From Acidobacteriota bacterium (GTDB lineage Bacteria > Acidobacteriota > Thermoanaerobaculia > Gp7-AA8), in assembly GCA_019244185.1 (NCBI GenBank), contig JAFATB010000023.1, forward strand, positions 320,001 to 384,000: a stretch of DNA of 64,000 bases, given 5' to 3'. Shown here piece by piece: positions 1 through 8,762 of the stretch. How positions within the stretch are numbered: the stretch's first letter is position 1; the number at the start of each line of letters is the position of its first letter. Made by a program: the position numbers and the translations under genes. The notes beneath the pieces were generated by a model. The model saw nothing but the letters and a program-made list of their open reading frames with translations. It made no database searches and was not told where the DNA came from.

Positions 1-1308
1 TTCAGCGACATCACCGGCATCGCCGCGATTCTCACCGCGGTGGGCTTGCTGCTGTGGCGCGACGAGACGTTCCTCGCCGGCGCGGCGATGCTCGGCGTCG
101 CCGCGGCGATCCGTCCGCAGGCGATGCTCTTCGGCGTCGCACCGTTTCTGCTCGCGGCGTGGCGCGCGCGCCAGCGTCCCGGACGCGTCGTCATCGCGGG
201 CGTGCTTGCCGCGACGATCGTCGTCGCGAGCTACGCCGGCGCGGCCGCGGCGTCGTCTTCGTTCACCGGCTACCGCGACTCCGTGCGTGGCGTGAAGACG
301 TGGGTGCGCTCGGTCGATGCGTTCACGAATCCGGCGCGTCCGCAGCTGCTCTCGCTCGCCGCGGACTTTTTCGTGCACCCGATGGGCGGCGGCCGCATCG
401 CGTGGGTGCTCGTCGCGCTCGCGTGCATCGCGCTCGTCGACCGACGCTCGTGGCTCGTCGTCGCGATCTTCGCGCCGTTCGCGGGTTTCGCGTGGCTGAT
501 GCTCGATCACTACTCGATCCATCGCTATGCGACCGCGTACGTCGCGCTGCACGCGCTGCTCGCCGCGCGCGGCGCGCAAGTCGTGCTGCGCCGCCGCGCG
601 CTGCAGGTCGCGGCGATCGCGCTGATCGCGTTGCGGTACGCGTGGTGGACCGCGCCCGCGCTCGCAACGGCGCGCACGACGCCGTCGCCGACGTACGCGG
701 GGATGCAATGGTTGCGCGCGCAACGCGTCCCCATCTACGTGCACGGCTCGCTCGGTCCGTTCGCGAATTACTTCCTGTACGATCGCCCGGTGCTCGTGCT
801 GCGCGACCTGACGACGCTTCCGCCGGCCGCGCCGCCGCACGCGCTCGCCGCGACGGAAGGCCTCGTCGTCGGCGCGCGCGCCACGTTCGTGCGGCCGTTC
901 GGCCGCCTCTACGAGCTCGCACGGCAGCGCTACTTCACCGTTTCCGTGCTGCCGCTTTCGAACGTCTGGCAATTCGGCGACGGCTGGTACGACGCGGAAG
1001 AAGACCCGCCGCAGATGTGGCGCTGGATGAGCGCGCGCAGCGTGACCACACTTCCCGCCTTGCGCGCCGCACGCGGACGCTTGACGCTCGCGCTCGCGGC
1101 ACCGAAGCACGAGCAGGCCGACGTCGAGGTGCGCTTCAACGGCGTGCTGCTGGAGCGCTTCCACTGCACGGATATCGCGGTGCCGCGGTCGTGGAGCGTC
1201 CCGTCGCGCGCCTCGAATACGCTCGTGCTCGCGGCGTCGCCGGCGCGGCGCATGGGCAACGATCGGCGCGTGCTCTCCGTACAACTGGTCGGGCTCGGAT
1301 GGGAATGA
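1..1308 (+). CDS. GT-C-fold membrane glycosyltransferase-like protein (DUF2723-like), paralog 1, 5'-truncated by window edge
   Basis: Frame 1 is open from base 1 (FSDITGIAA..., matching GFSDIP/AFSDVP in the next two genes). Multiple TM helices. C-terminal FGDGWY..E...WRWM and D.R.L domain shared with the paralogs. Confidence 0.7.
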   Translation, partial: FSDITGIAAILTAVGLLLWRDETFLAGAAMLGVAAAIRPQAMLFGVAPFLLAAWRARQRPGRVVIAGVLAATIVVASYAGAAAASSSFTGYRDSVRGVKTWVRSVDAFTNPARPQLLSLAADFFVHPMGGGRIAWVLVALACIALVDRRSWLVVAIFAPFAGFAWLMLDHYSIHRYATAYVALHALLAARGAQVVLRRRALQVAAIALIALRYAWWTAPALATARTTPSPTYAGMQWLRAQRVPIYVHGSLGPFANYFLYDRPVLVLRDLTTLPPAAPPHALAATEGLVVGARATFVRPFGRLYELARQRYFTVSVLPLSNVWQFGDGWYDAEEDPPQMWRWMSARSVTTLPALRAARGRLTLALAAPKHEQADVEVRFNGVLLERFHCTDIAVPRSWSVPSRASNTLVLAASPARRMGNDRRVLSVQLVGLGWE

Positions 1309-3068
1309 CGGAACGCCAGCGGCGGATCCTGCTCGTCGTCGCGATCGCGGTGGCGCTGACGCGGTTCCTCGCCGTCGCGCACAACCTCTTCGACTGGGAC
1401 GAGGGACTTTTCTGCGGCGGCGTCGTCGAATACGACGTCGCGAACCATCATCCGCATCCGCCCGGCTATCCGCTCTTCATCGCCGCCGCGAAGCTCGTGC
1501 ACCTCATCGGCGTTCCGCCGTTTCGCTCGCTGCAGACGATCGTCGTCCTCGGCGCGCTCGCGCTGTTTCCGGCGACCTTCTTCTTCGCGCGAGCTCTCGG
1601 CTTCGCGTTCGCGACCTCCGTCGCCGGCGCCGCGATCTACTGCTTTCTGCCGAACGTCTGGATTTACGGCGGCACCGGCTTCTCCGACATTCCCGCGACC
1701 GCGATCGGCTTCGCCGCCTGCGCGCTCCTGCTGCGCGGACGCGGCGACCGCCGCGCGTACATTCTCGGCGCGATCGTGCTCGGCATCGCCGCGGGCTTTC
1801 GTCCGCCGAATCTCTTCATCGGCGCGGTGCCGGCGCTGGTCGCCACGTGGTCGCGCATCCGCGCGCGCGACTGGCGCGCCGTCGCCACCGCGCTCGTCCT
1901 CGGCGGCGCCATCGCCGGCGCGAGCTACGCCGGCGCCGCGCTCGCATCGAGCTCCATCGACGGCTATCTCGGCGCGCTCCGCTCGCAAAGCAAGTGGGTC
2001 CACGACATCGACTCGTGGCACAACCCGCATCGCGCGCCGCTCTCCGTCGTCGCGCGGATGTTCTTTCTCTGGCCGGTCGAACAGCACGCGCAGATGTTCG
2101 GCCTGGTCTGTCTCGCCATCATCGGCCTGCTCGGCGCGCTGTTCGCCGCGAACAGCCGCCGCGCGGCGCTCCTCGTCGTGGCGACGTTCGTGCCGCTCGC
2201 GATCACGACGTGGCTGAACCTCGACGTGCAGGCCGCGGGACGCTACGCGATTCCGTATCTCGTCGTGCACGCGCTGCTCGCCGCGGAAGGCTTGCGCTGG
2301 ATCACACTGCAACGCACCGGCGTGCAGGCGGCGCTCGCCGGCGCGATCGTGATCGTCTTCTGCGTCTGGACCTGGCCCGCGCTCACGCTGCAGCGCCGCC
2401 GCGACGCGCCGCCGGTCGCCGCGCTGAACTGGATTCGACGCAACGTTCCGCGCGACGCAAAGGTCTACGTCCACGGCGGACTCGGGCCGCTCGCCGACGT
2501 CGTGCTCCACGATCGCCTGCCGATGTACTTCGACTCGCTCGACCAGATCTCGCTGACGAACGGCGACGCGTGGGTGGTCGATCTCAACATCGCGCCGGGC
2601 GCGCACAACTTCGTCTGGCCGCGCCAGCAGCTCTGGAAGATTCTGCGGCGCCGCAACTTCGAGGCGTCGATCAGCCGCCTCTCCGCGCACCTCGTCTTCG
2701 GCAGCGGCTTCTATCCGCAGGAGGGGAGCGGGCTGGACATCTTTCAGTGGATGGGGAAAGAAGGGCGCATCGAGATGCCGGCGTTCCACGGAGACGGCCG
2801 GCTGCATCTCCGGACCTACGTGCCGATCAACACGCTGCCGGCGCATCCGACCATCGAGGTCTGGATGAACGGCAAATTGCTCGATCGCTTCCTCGGCGAC
2901 CGCGACGAGATCGACCGCAGCTGGATCGTGCCGTCGCGCGCCGGCGCGCCGAACGAGCTGCGCATCACCACCAGCGGCGTGGTCAATCCGAAAGCGCTCG
3001 GCAAGTCCGACGACGCGCGCGACCTCGGCCTGCGCATCGACGTGCTCTCATGGACGCCGGTGCGCTGA
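1305..3068 (+). CDS. GT-C-fold membrane glycosyltransferase-like protein (DUF2723/TMEM260-like), paralog 2
   Basis: ATG at 1305 overlaps the upstream TGA (ATGA). Motifs FDWDEGLF and HPHPPGYPLF, many TM helices, C-terminal soluble domain ending DARDLGLRI. Confidence 0.75.
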   Translation: MTERQRRILLVVAIAVALTRFLAVAHNLFDWDEGLFCGGVVEYDVANHHPHPPGYPLFIAAAKLVHLIGVPPFRSLQTIVVLGALALFPATFFFARALGFAFATSVAGAAIYCFLPNVWIYGGTGFSDIPATAIGFAACALLLRGRGDRRAYILGAIVLGIAAGFRPPNLFIGAVPALVATWSRIRARDWRAVATALVLGGAIAGASYAGAALASSSIDGYLGALRSQSKWVHDIDSWHNPHRAPLSVVARMFFLWPVEQHAQMFGLVCLAIIGLLGALFAANSRRAALLVVATFVPLAITTWLNLDVQAAGRYAIPYLVVHALLAAEGLRWITLQRTGVQAALAGAIVIVFCVWTWPALTLQRRRDAPPVAALNWIRRNVPRDAKVYVHGGLGPLADVVLHDRLPMYFDSLDQISLTNGDAWVVDLNIAPGAHNFVWPRQQLWKILRRRNFEASISRLSAHLVFGSGFYPQEGSGLDIFQWMGKEGRIEMPAFHGDGRLHLRTYVPINTLPAHPTIEVWMNGKLLDRFLGDRDEIDRSWIVPSRAGAPNELRITTSGVVNPKALGKSDDARDLGLRIDVLSWTPVR

Positions 3069-4723
3069 CGCCGCGCGAGCGGCAGGCGTTCGTGCTCGCG
3101 GCGCTCGCCGTCGCGGTCACGCGTTTCCTCGCGATCTCGAAGACGCTCTGGGACTGGGACGAGGCGCTCTTCGCGCTCGCTGTGCGCGACTACGACGTCA
3201 CGCGTTACCACCCGCAGCCGCCCGGCTTCCCGCTGTTCATCGGCGCCGCGAAGCTGCTCGTGCAACTCGCGCACGTCGACGGCTTCCGCGCGCTGCAGAC
3301 GCTGACCGTGCTGTCCTCGCTGTTCGTCTTTCCCGCGGCGTTTCTACTCGCACGTGCGCTGCGGATGCCGTTCTTCGCGTCGATGGCCGCGGCGCTGTTG
3401 CTCGCATTCGCGCCGAACGTCTGGTTCTACGGCGGCACCGCGTTCAGCGACGTGCCGTCGATGGTGCTCGTGCTCTTCGCCTGCGCGCTGTTGCTGCGCG
3501 GGTCGACGCTCGGCGGCGCGACGCTCCTCGGCATCGCCGCCGCGATTCGTCCGCAGAGCGTGCTCATCGCGTTCGTGCCGATGCTGCTCGCGTTCCGCAC
3601 GCGCCGACGCACGGCGTTACAGGGTGCGGCCATCGTCGCGGCGATCGTGATCGTCAGCTACGGCGCGGCGGCGTACGCGAGCGGCGGCTGGGACGCGTAT
3701 CGCGCCGTGCTCGCGCGGCACGAGCAGTACATCCGCGGCGTCGATTCGTTTCTCAGTCCGATCCGGCCATCGCTGCTGCGCGTCGCCGACGACTTCTTCT
3801 TCTGGCCGTATCGAGCGCCGCTGCTGAACGTCGCCATCGTCGCCTTGGCGCTCGCCGGACTCACGCGGCGCCGCGCGTGGCTCGCCGTGGCGATCTTCGC
3901 GCCGTTCGCGCTCTTCGCGTGGCTCTATCTCGACTTCCACAGCGTCAGCCGGTTCTCGATCGGCTACGCGCCGTTGTACGCGCTGCTCGCCGCCGAAGGA
4001 ATCGACCTGACGCGCCGCGCGCGCGGCTTCGTGCTCGCCGCGCTCGTCGGATATGCAGTCGTGCTGATGATGCCGGCGCTCGCGGTCGTGCATCGCACGC
4101 CGTCGCCGCCGGTCGCGGCGATGACGTTCGTGCGCGCGCGCGCGTCGCGGGCGTCGAGCGTGCTGCTCGTCGACGAACGGCTCGCCGCGCACGCGGAGCT
4201 TCTCCTCGCCGATTACGACCGCGAGCTTGTCGCGCTCGCCGCCACCGCCCGCCCGCCCGCGACGATGCACGCGCGCGCCGACGTGCTGGTCGTGCGCGAA
4301 GACGCTGCCGCCGGCGGCGTCGCGTTCATGCGCGCGCGGGCGCCGCTCGCGTCACTCGTGCGTCCGCGCTACTTCGAGACGTCCGTCGCGAACGCGCGAC
4401 GCATCACGTTCGGCGACGGCTGGTACGGCGAGGAAGGCGCGCCGCGCGCGCCGTGGCGGTGGATGGGGCGCGCGTCGCGACTCGAGATTCCCGCCGGCGC
4501 GTCGCGCATCGACATCCGCTTCGCGGTGCCGCTCCCGACGACGATCGTGATCCGCGCGGACGATCGCATCATCGACCACATCACGACGACGCCCGCGACG
4601 GTCGAGCGCACGTGGCATGTCGCGAACGCGCGCACGCTCACGATCGAGACGAGTGCAATCGCGCACGGCCCGCACGATCCGCGCGAGCTCGGGCTGCGCC
4701 TCGATGAGCTCGAGGCGCAGTGA
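3050..4723 (+). CDS. GT-C-fold membrane glycosyltransferase-like protein (DUF2723/TMEM260-like), paralog 3
   Basis: Starts MDAGALTPRER. Motifs WDWDEALF, HPQPPGFPLF, PNVWFYGGTAFSDVP, FGDGWYGEE, DPRELGLRL. Collinear with paralog 2. Confidence 0.75.
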   Translation: MDAGALTPRERQAFVLAALAVAVTRFLAISKTLWDWDEALFALAVRDYDVTRYHPQPPGFPLFIGAAKLLVQLAHVDGFRALQTLTVLSSLFVFPAAFLLARALRMPFFASMAAALLLAFAPNVWFYGGTAFSDVPSMVLVLFACALLLRGSTLGGATLLGIAAAIRPQSVLIAFVPMLLAFRTRRRTALQGAAIVAAIVIVSYGAAAYASGGWDAYRAVLARHEQYIRGVDSFLSPIRPSLLRVADDFFFWPYRAPLLNVAIVALALAGLTRRRAWLAVAIFAPFALFAWLYLDFHSVSRFSIGYAPLYALLAAEGIDLTRRARGFVLAALVGYAVVLMMPALAVVHRTPSPPVAAMTFVRARASRASSVLLVDERLAAHAELLLADYDRELVALAATARPPATMHARADVLVVREDAAAGGVAFMRARAPLASLVRPRYFETSVANARRITFGDGWYGEEGAPRAPWRWMGRASRLEIPAGASRIDIRFAVPLPTTIVIRADDRIIDHITTTPATVERTWHVANARTLTIETSAIAHGPHDPRELGLRLDELEAQ

Positions 4724-4735
4724 ACGCGTGCAAGC

Positions 4736-6703
4736 TTATGGGCGGAACTCGATCGACTGCGGGAACCACGTGCGCACGTGCTTCCCGTCCTTCACCGGCG
4801 GCGTGAAGCGTGTGGAGCGGATGGCGCGCATCGCGGCCTCGTTGAGGCCGAAGCGCGGCTCGCCGCGCAGCACCTTCACGTCCAGCACTTCGCCGTTCTC
4901 GCCGATGAACGCGCTGAGGATGATCGTCGCCGAGACCTTCTGCTGCGCGGCCATGGCCGGATACATCGGCCGGATCGCGCGCGTGGGACGCGGCAGCGTG
5001 TCGAGCGCCGAAACGTCGACGACGTCGCCCTCGTGGACGCCCGCCGTCTGCGCGGCCGGCGCCTGCGTCACGACCTGCTGCACCGGCGCGGACGACTGCG
5101 TCTGCGCGGGCGCGGCCGGCGTCGGGTCGACCGGCGTCGTGCGCGCGGGCGCCGATTCACGCCGCTGCTGCTGATCGAGCTGCGCCGCGGACAGCGACGG
5201 ACGGTCGTCGCTCACCGCCGGGGCGGGCGTCGACGATGCGACGCTGACCGGCGGCGCCGTGACCACCGGCGCGTTCTTCGACTGCTTCTGCCGCAGCTCC
5301 GCGTTGAACTGGTTCTGCAGCTTCATCATCTCTTCGTTCATCTTCCGCCGCACCGCGTCCTCGAACGCCTTCTTCTGCGCCTCGGCATCCGTGGTCGCCG
5401 GGGCCGCGGGCGTGGCGGTGGACGTCTGCGGCGACGCCGACGCGACGACCGGCTCGGAGATGATGCGGTGCTGCGCGGGCTGCTGCTGCGCGGTCACGCC
5501 CGGGAGCACCTGCGCGGTGCTGAGGGGCGCGGGGGCCGCGGCCGTCGTCGAGTGCTTCGACATCATGTAGTACGCGCCGAGACCGACGCCGGCGACCACG
5601 AGCGCGGCGGCGGCGACGAGCGGCAGCTTGCTCTTCGACTTCGGCGCGTCAGCCGAGGCGAACATCGACGGCGCGGGGGACGGTTCGTAGGCAGGCGCGG
5701 GAACGGCGACCGGCTTCGGCGCCTCGAGATACGGCAGGACGTTGACCTTCGACTCCTTGTCGCGGTCGAGCGCTTCGGCTTCCAATTCTTTCTTCAGCAG
5801 ATTGCTGAGATAGAACGCGAGATTGAACGTCGTCGCCGAATACTTGCCGCCGTGCGCGAGGCCGGAGATGGCTTGCTTCATCTCGCCGATCGACGCGTAG
5901 CGCATCGACGGATCGATGTTGAACGACTTGTCGAGGACGACGCGGATGTCGTCGGGCACCGGCGCGCCGGTGAGCGTCTTCGCCGCGCGCACGGCTGCGC
6001 CGAACGCGCTCGCCGTCGCCGCGTCGGGCGGCTCCTGGCCGGTGACGAGGAGGAACAGGATCGCGCCCATTGAATAGACGTCGGCGTTTTTCACCGGCTG
6101 GGCGGCATTGCGCGATTCCGGACAGAAGTAACGCCCGATCTCCGCCGCGACGCGCGCGTCCTGCAGCGAAGCGAGCATGCCGGCGCCGAGTTGCTGGCCC
6201 GCGACGCGGATCTCGCCGTCGTCGCTGATCCAGATCATCTGCGGCAGCAGCGCGCCGTGCGAGAGACGTCCGCCGCCGCTGCGCAGGTCCGCGGTCGTCG
6301 CGAGAGACAGCGCGACTTTCTCCGCGATCACGATGGCCTGATCGATCGGCAGCGGATTGGGAGGCGTGTCTTTGCCGCCGCGGCCGCGGTCGATGATGTG
6401 GCGCAGCGAACGTCCGCCCGCGTAATCCCACGCGACGAACGGCACGCCGTCGGCGACGCCCGCGACCTGCTCGCGCGCGAACGAAGTGCCGGTGAGCTGC
6501 GGCAGGATCTGCGCCGCCGCTTCCGCGCTCGCGGTGAGCGCCGCGCGGTTGCCGCCGGTGAGGCGCCGCAGCGCAACCGTCGGTCCGAGCTGCGCGCCGT
6601 CGATGCGCCCGGCGCGCCAAAGCTCGCCGATGGCGTCCGTTTCGAGTTTCTTGAAAAGGATGTACGGACCGAACGAATCGTACGGCTTGTTGCGCGCAGC
6701 CAT
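4736..6703 (-). CDS. Ser/Thr kinase-like (pseudokinase) domain + TM + Pro/Ala linker + TonB C-terminal domain
   Basis: Kinase-like start FGPYILFKKL..GELWRA, plus YFCPE and ADVYSMGAILF. HRD and DFG are absent. One TM (LPLVAAAALVVAGVGLGAYY). TonB_C signature PMYPAMAAQQKVSATIILSAFIGENGEV...LNEAAMRAI...FTPP..DGK.V. Confidence 0.8.
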   Translation of the reverse strand: MAARNKPYDSFGPYILFKKLETDAIGELWRAGRIDGAQLGPTVALRRLTGGNRAALTASAEAAAQILPQLTGTSFAREQVAGVADGVPFVAWDYAGGRSLRHIIDRGRGGKDTPPNPLPIDQAIVIAEKVALSLATTADLRSGGGRLSHGALLPQMIWISDDGEIRVAGQQLGAGMLASLQDARVAAEIGRYFCPESRNAAQPVKNADVYSMGAILFLLVTGQEPPDAATASAFGAAVRAAKTLTGAPVPDDIRVVLDKSFNIDPSMRYASIGEMKQAISGLAHGGKYSATTFNLAFYLSNLLKKELEAEALDRDKESKVNVLPYLEAPKPVAVPAPAYEPSPAPSMFASADAPKSKSKLPLVAAAALVVAGVGLGAYYMMSKHSTTAAAPAPLSTAQVLPGVTAQQQPAQHRIISEPVVASASPQTSTATPAAPATTDAEAQKKAFEDAVRRKMNEEMMKLQNQFNAELRQKQSKNAPVVTAPPVSVASSTPAPAVSDDRPSLSAAQLDQQQRRESAPARTTPVDPTPAAPAQTQSSAPVQQVVTQAPAAQTAGVHEGDVVDVSALDTLPRPTRAIRPMYPAMAAQQKVSATIILSAFIGENGEVLDVKVLRGEPRFGLNEAAMRAIRSTRFTPPVKDGKHVRTWFPQSIEFRP

Positions 6704-6771
6704 CGTGATTGAACCCCCGAGTTATTTGTGGACGGGGAAGGATACCACCAATTTGGGCGCGCGAGCGGGCG

Positions 6772-7215
6772 TCAACGCGCGGGCGAACGCGACTGTTCGC
6801 TCCACGTACAGAGCGTCTGCACGTCCGCGGGCGAGAGTTTCGCCTGGCGATGCACGAGCGTGTACGAGCCGATCGGCATGTCGCCGTGCTGCACCTGATC
6901 GCACACTTCCTCGAGCTTGCGACTCTGCTTCTTCGCCGTGTACGTCGCAAAGACCGACGCGTTCAGCTCGCGCCGTCCTTCGTTCACGTGATTGACGAGC
7001 CACCACGAGAGCGGCGAGATGTTCGTGTACCACGGCCAGCGCGTCTCGTTGGAATGGCAGTCGCGGCACGAGCGGTCGAAGATCGCCTGCACGTTCGCCG
7101 GCATCGTCAGCCGCTTCGCCGGATCGACGGGCGGATTCGTGCGCGCGGGGCGGATGAACTGCGCGACGACAACGAGAATCACGAGCACGAGCAGGATGCG
7201 TTTCAACATCGTCAT
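6772..7215 (-). CDS. Heme-binding domain protein (c-type cytochrome, Haem_bd-like)
   Basis: N-terminal membrane anchor, CRDCH heme motif followed by SNETRWPWY, and MP..Y...H distal motif. Confidence 0.8.
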   Translation of the reverse strand: MTMLKRILLVLVILVVVAQFIRPARTNPPVDPAKRLTMPANVQAIFDRSCRDCHSNETRWPWYTNISPLSWWLVNHVNEGRRELNASVFATYTAKKQSRKLEEVCDQVQHGDMPIGSYTLVHRQAKLSPADVQTLCTWSEQSRSPAR

Positions 7216-8300
7216 TTCGCCTGCGGCTGCTGCTGTTGTTGCTGTTGCGCGCGACGGCGGTCGCGGAAGTACTGGCGCTGATAGATCTCGACGTTGCGGT
7301 TGTGATCCGCGGCGTTCGTCGCGAAGACGTGCGAGCCGTCGTTGCGCGCGACGAAGTACAGATACGGCGAGGTCGCGGGTGCGGCGGCGGCGCGCAGCGA
7401 TGCAAGTCCCGGATTCGCGATCGGACCGGGAGGCAAGCCCGGAAAGCGGTACGTGTTGTACGGCGACGCGATCTGCAGATCCGCCTTGTGGATGTTTCCG
7501 TCCCAGCGTCCGGCGAGCTTGATCGCGTAGATCACCGTCGGGTCCGCGCCGAGGAGCATGTGGCGGTGGAGGCGGTTGACGTACACCGACGCGACGATCG
7601 GACGCTCCTGCGGCAGCCGCGCCTCGGTCTCGACGATCGACGCGAGCGTCACCGTCTGGTGCACGTCGAGTCCCGTCGCGATCAGTGCGAGCTCGCCGCC
7701 CCAGTGCTTGCGGAAGTTCGCGACCATCGCGCGCACGATCGTCGTCGCCGGCGTGCCGGGATCGAACTTGTACGTGTCAGGGAAGAGGTAGCCTTCGAGC
7801 GACTCCGCGTTCGGCGCGATGTCGCGGATGAGGTCCGGATCGCCCGTCGCCTTCTTCCACTCCGCCTCGGTGCCGAGCTTCTCGTCGGCGAAGAGCTTTC
7901 CGATGGCGAAGCGGTCGAGCCCTTCGCGCACGGTGACAGTCTTCAGGATCACGTCGCCGCGAATGAGCTTGTCGAGCACGTCGACCGGCGCGAGCGGTTT
8001 GTCGAACTGATAGACGCCCGCTTTCAGCGAGTCGCGCCCGCGGAATATCTTCATGTAGACGAGCGGGATCCACTCGTCGCGCACGACGCCGTCGCGCTGC
8101 AGTTGCTGCAGGATCGTCGCCGTGCGCTGGCCGCGCCGCACTTCGACGCGTTTCGCCGCGCCGGTCCAGCCCTGATACGGCGTGCGCAGCGCTCGCCAGA
8201 AGAACCAGCTGCCGGCGATGCCGAGGATGATCGCGAAGATGAGGATCGTGAAGAGCGACTGCGCGTATTTGCGGCAGCCGCGGCGCTGCCGGCGTGCTAT
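7212..8300 (-). CDS. mltG: Endolytic transglycosylase MltG (probable ATA start at 8300)
   Basis: LEGYLFPDTY, LASIVETE, VYVNRL, L.ADPTVIY, SPYNTY..PGLPPGPIANPG, YLYFVA. The frame extends 53 codons beyond the listed ORF to include the basic N-terminus and TM anchor. Confidence 0.9.
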   Translation of the reverse strand: MARRQRRGCRKYAQSLFTILIFAIILGIAGSWFFWRALRTPYQGWTGAAKRVEVRRGQRTATILQQLQRDGVVRDEWIPLVYMKIFRGRDSLKAGVYQFDKPLAPVDVLDKLIRGDVILKTVTVREGLDRFAIGKLFADEKLGTEAEWKKATGDPDLIRDIAPNAESLEGYLFPDTYKFDPGTPATTIVRAMVANFRKHWGGELALIATGLDVHQTVTLASIVETEARLPQERPIVASVYVNRLHRHMLLGADPTVIYAIKLAGRWDGNIHKADLQIASPYNTYRFPGLPPGPIANPGLASLRAAAAPATSPYLYFVARNDGSHVFATNAADHNRNVEIYQRQYFRDRRRAQQQQQQQPQAK

Positions 8301-8713
8301 GGCGTCCTCCGCTGCTCACGCGTGCGCGCGTCGAGCCACGACTGCAGGATCACGGCGGCGGCGTGCATGTCGATGTCCTTCTGTGCCTCGCGTCGATTGC
8401 GGCCCGCGGCGCGCAGTTGTTCCATCGCTTCCACCGTGGAGAGACTCTCGTCCCAGAGCACGACCTCTTTGCAGGTTCGCTGCCGCAGCGTGTCCGCAAA
8501 CGCGTGGAACTTCTCCTCGGACGACGACGCGTGCATGCGGCGCGGGATGCCGAGAACGAACGTCGCGGCGTCGAGCTCGCGCGCGAGACGCTCGAGCTTC
8601 GCCACGACGTCGCCTTCATTCCGCAGCACGGAATGCGGCGTGGCCACGACGCCGGAGTCGCTGACGGCGATGCCGATGCGGCGCGCGCCGAGGTCGATGC
8701 CGATCACGGACAC
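8297..8713 (-). CDS. ruvX: YqgF/RuvX pre-16S rRNA nuclease
   Basis: GIDLGARRIGIA, WDESLST, IDMHAAAVILQSWL. The ruvX-mltG order is typical. Confidence 0.9.
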   Translation of the reverse strand: MSVIGIDLGARRIGIAVSDSGVVATPHSVLRNEGDVVAKLERLARELDAATFVLGIPRRMHASSSEEKFHAFADTLRQRTCKEVVLWDESLSTVEAMEQLRAAGRNRREAQKDIDMHAAAVILQSWLDARTREQRRTP

Positions 8714-8721
8714 GAAGCGGG

Positions 8722-8738
8722 ATTGTAGCCGCTACAAT
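8722..8738. promoter_or_regulatory. Palindromic bidirectional -10 element (ATTGTAGC-C-GCTACAAT)
   Basis: Perfect 8-bp inverted repeat placing TACAAT on both strands between divergent ruvX and pilT. Confidence 0.65.
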
Positions 8739-8762
8739 GGCGCCGTCAGCGAGGCTTCCCTC

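Noticed and set aside
54-1304. N-terminal extensions of listed ORFs (54..3068, 1847..4723, 7236..9917, 11762..13894, 29121..31373)
   Set aside because: These are Arg/Ala-rich shadow translations overlapping real genes. True starts were reassigned from motifs and stop/start overlaps.
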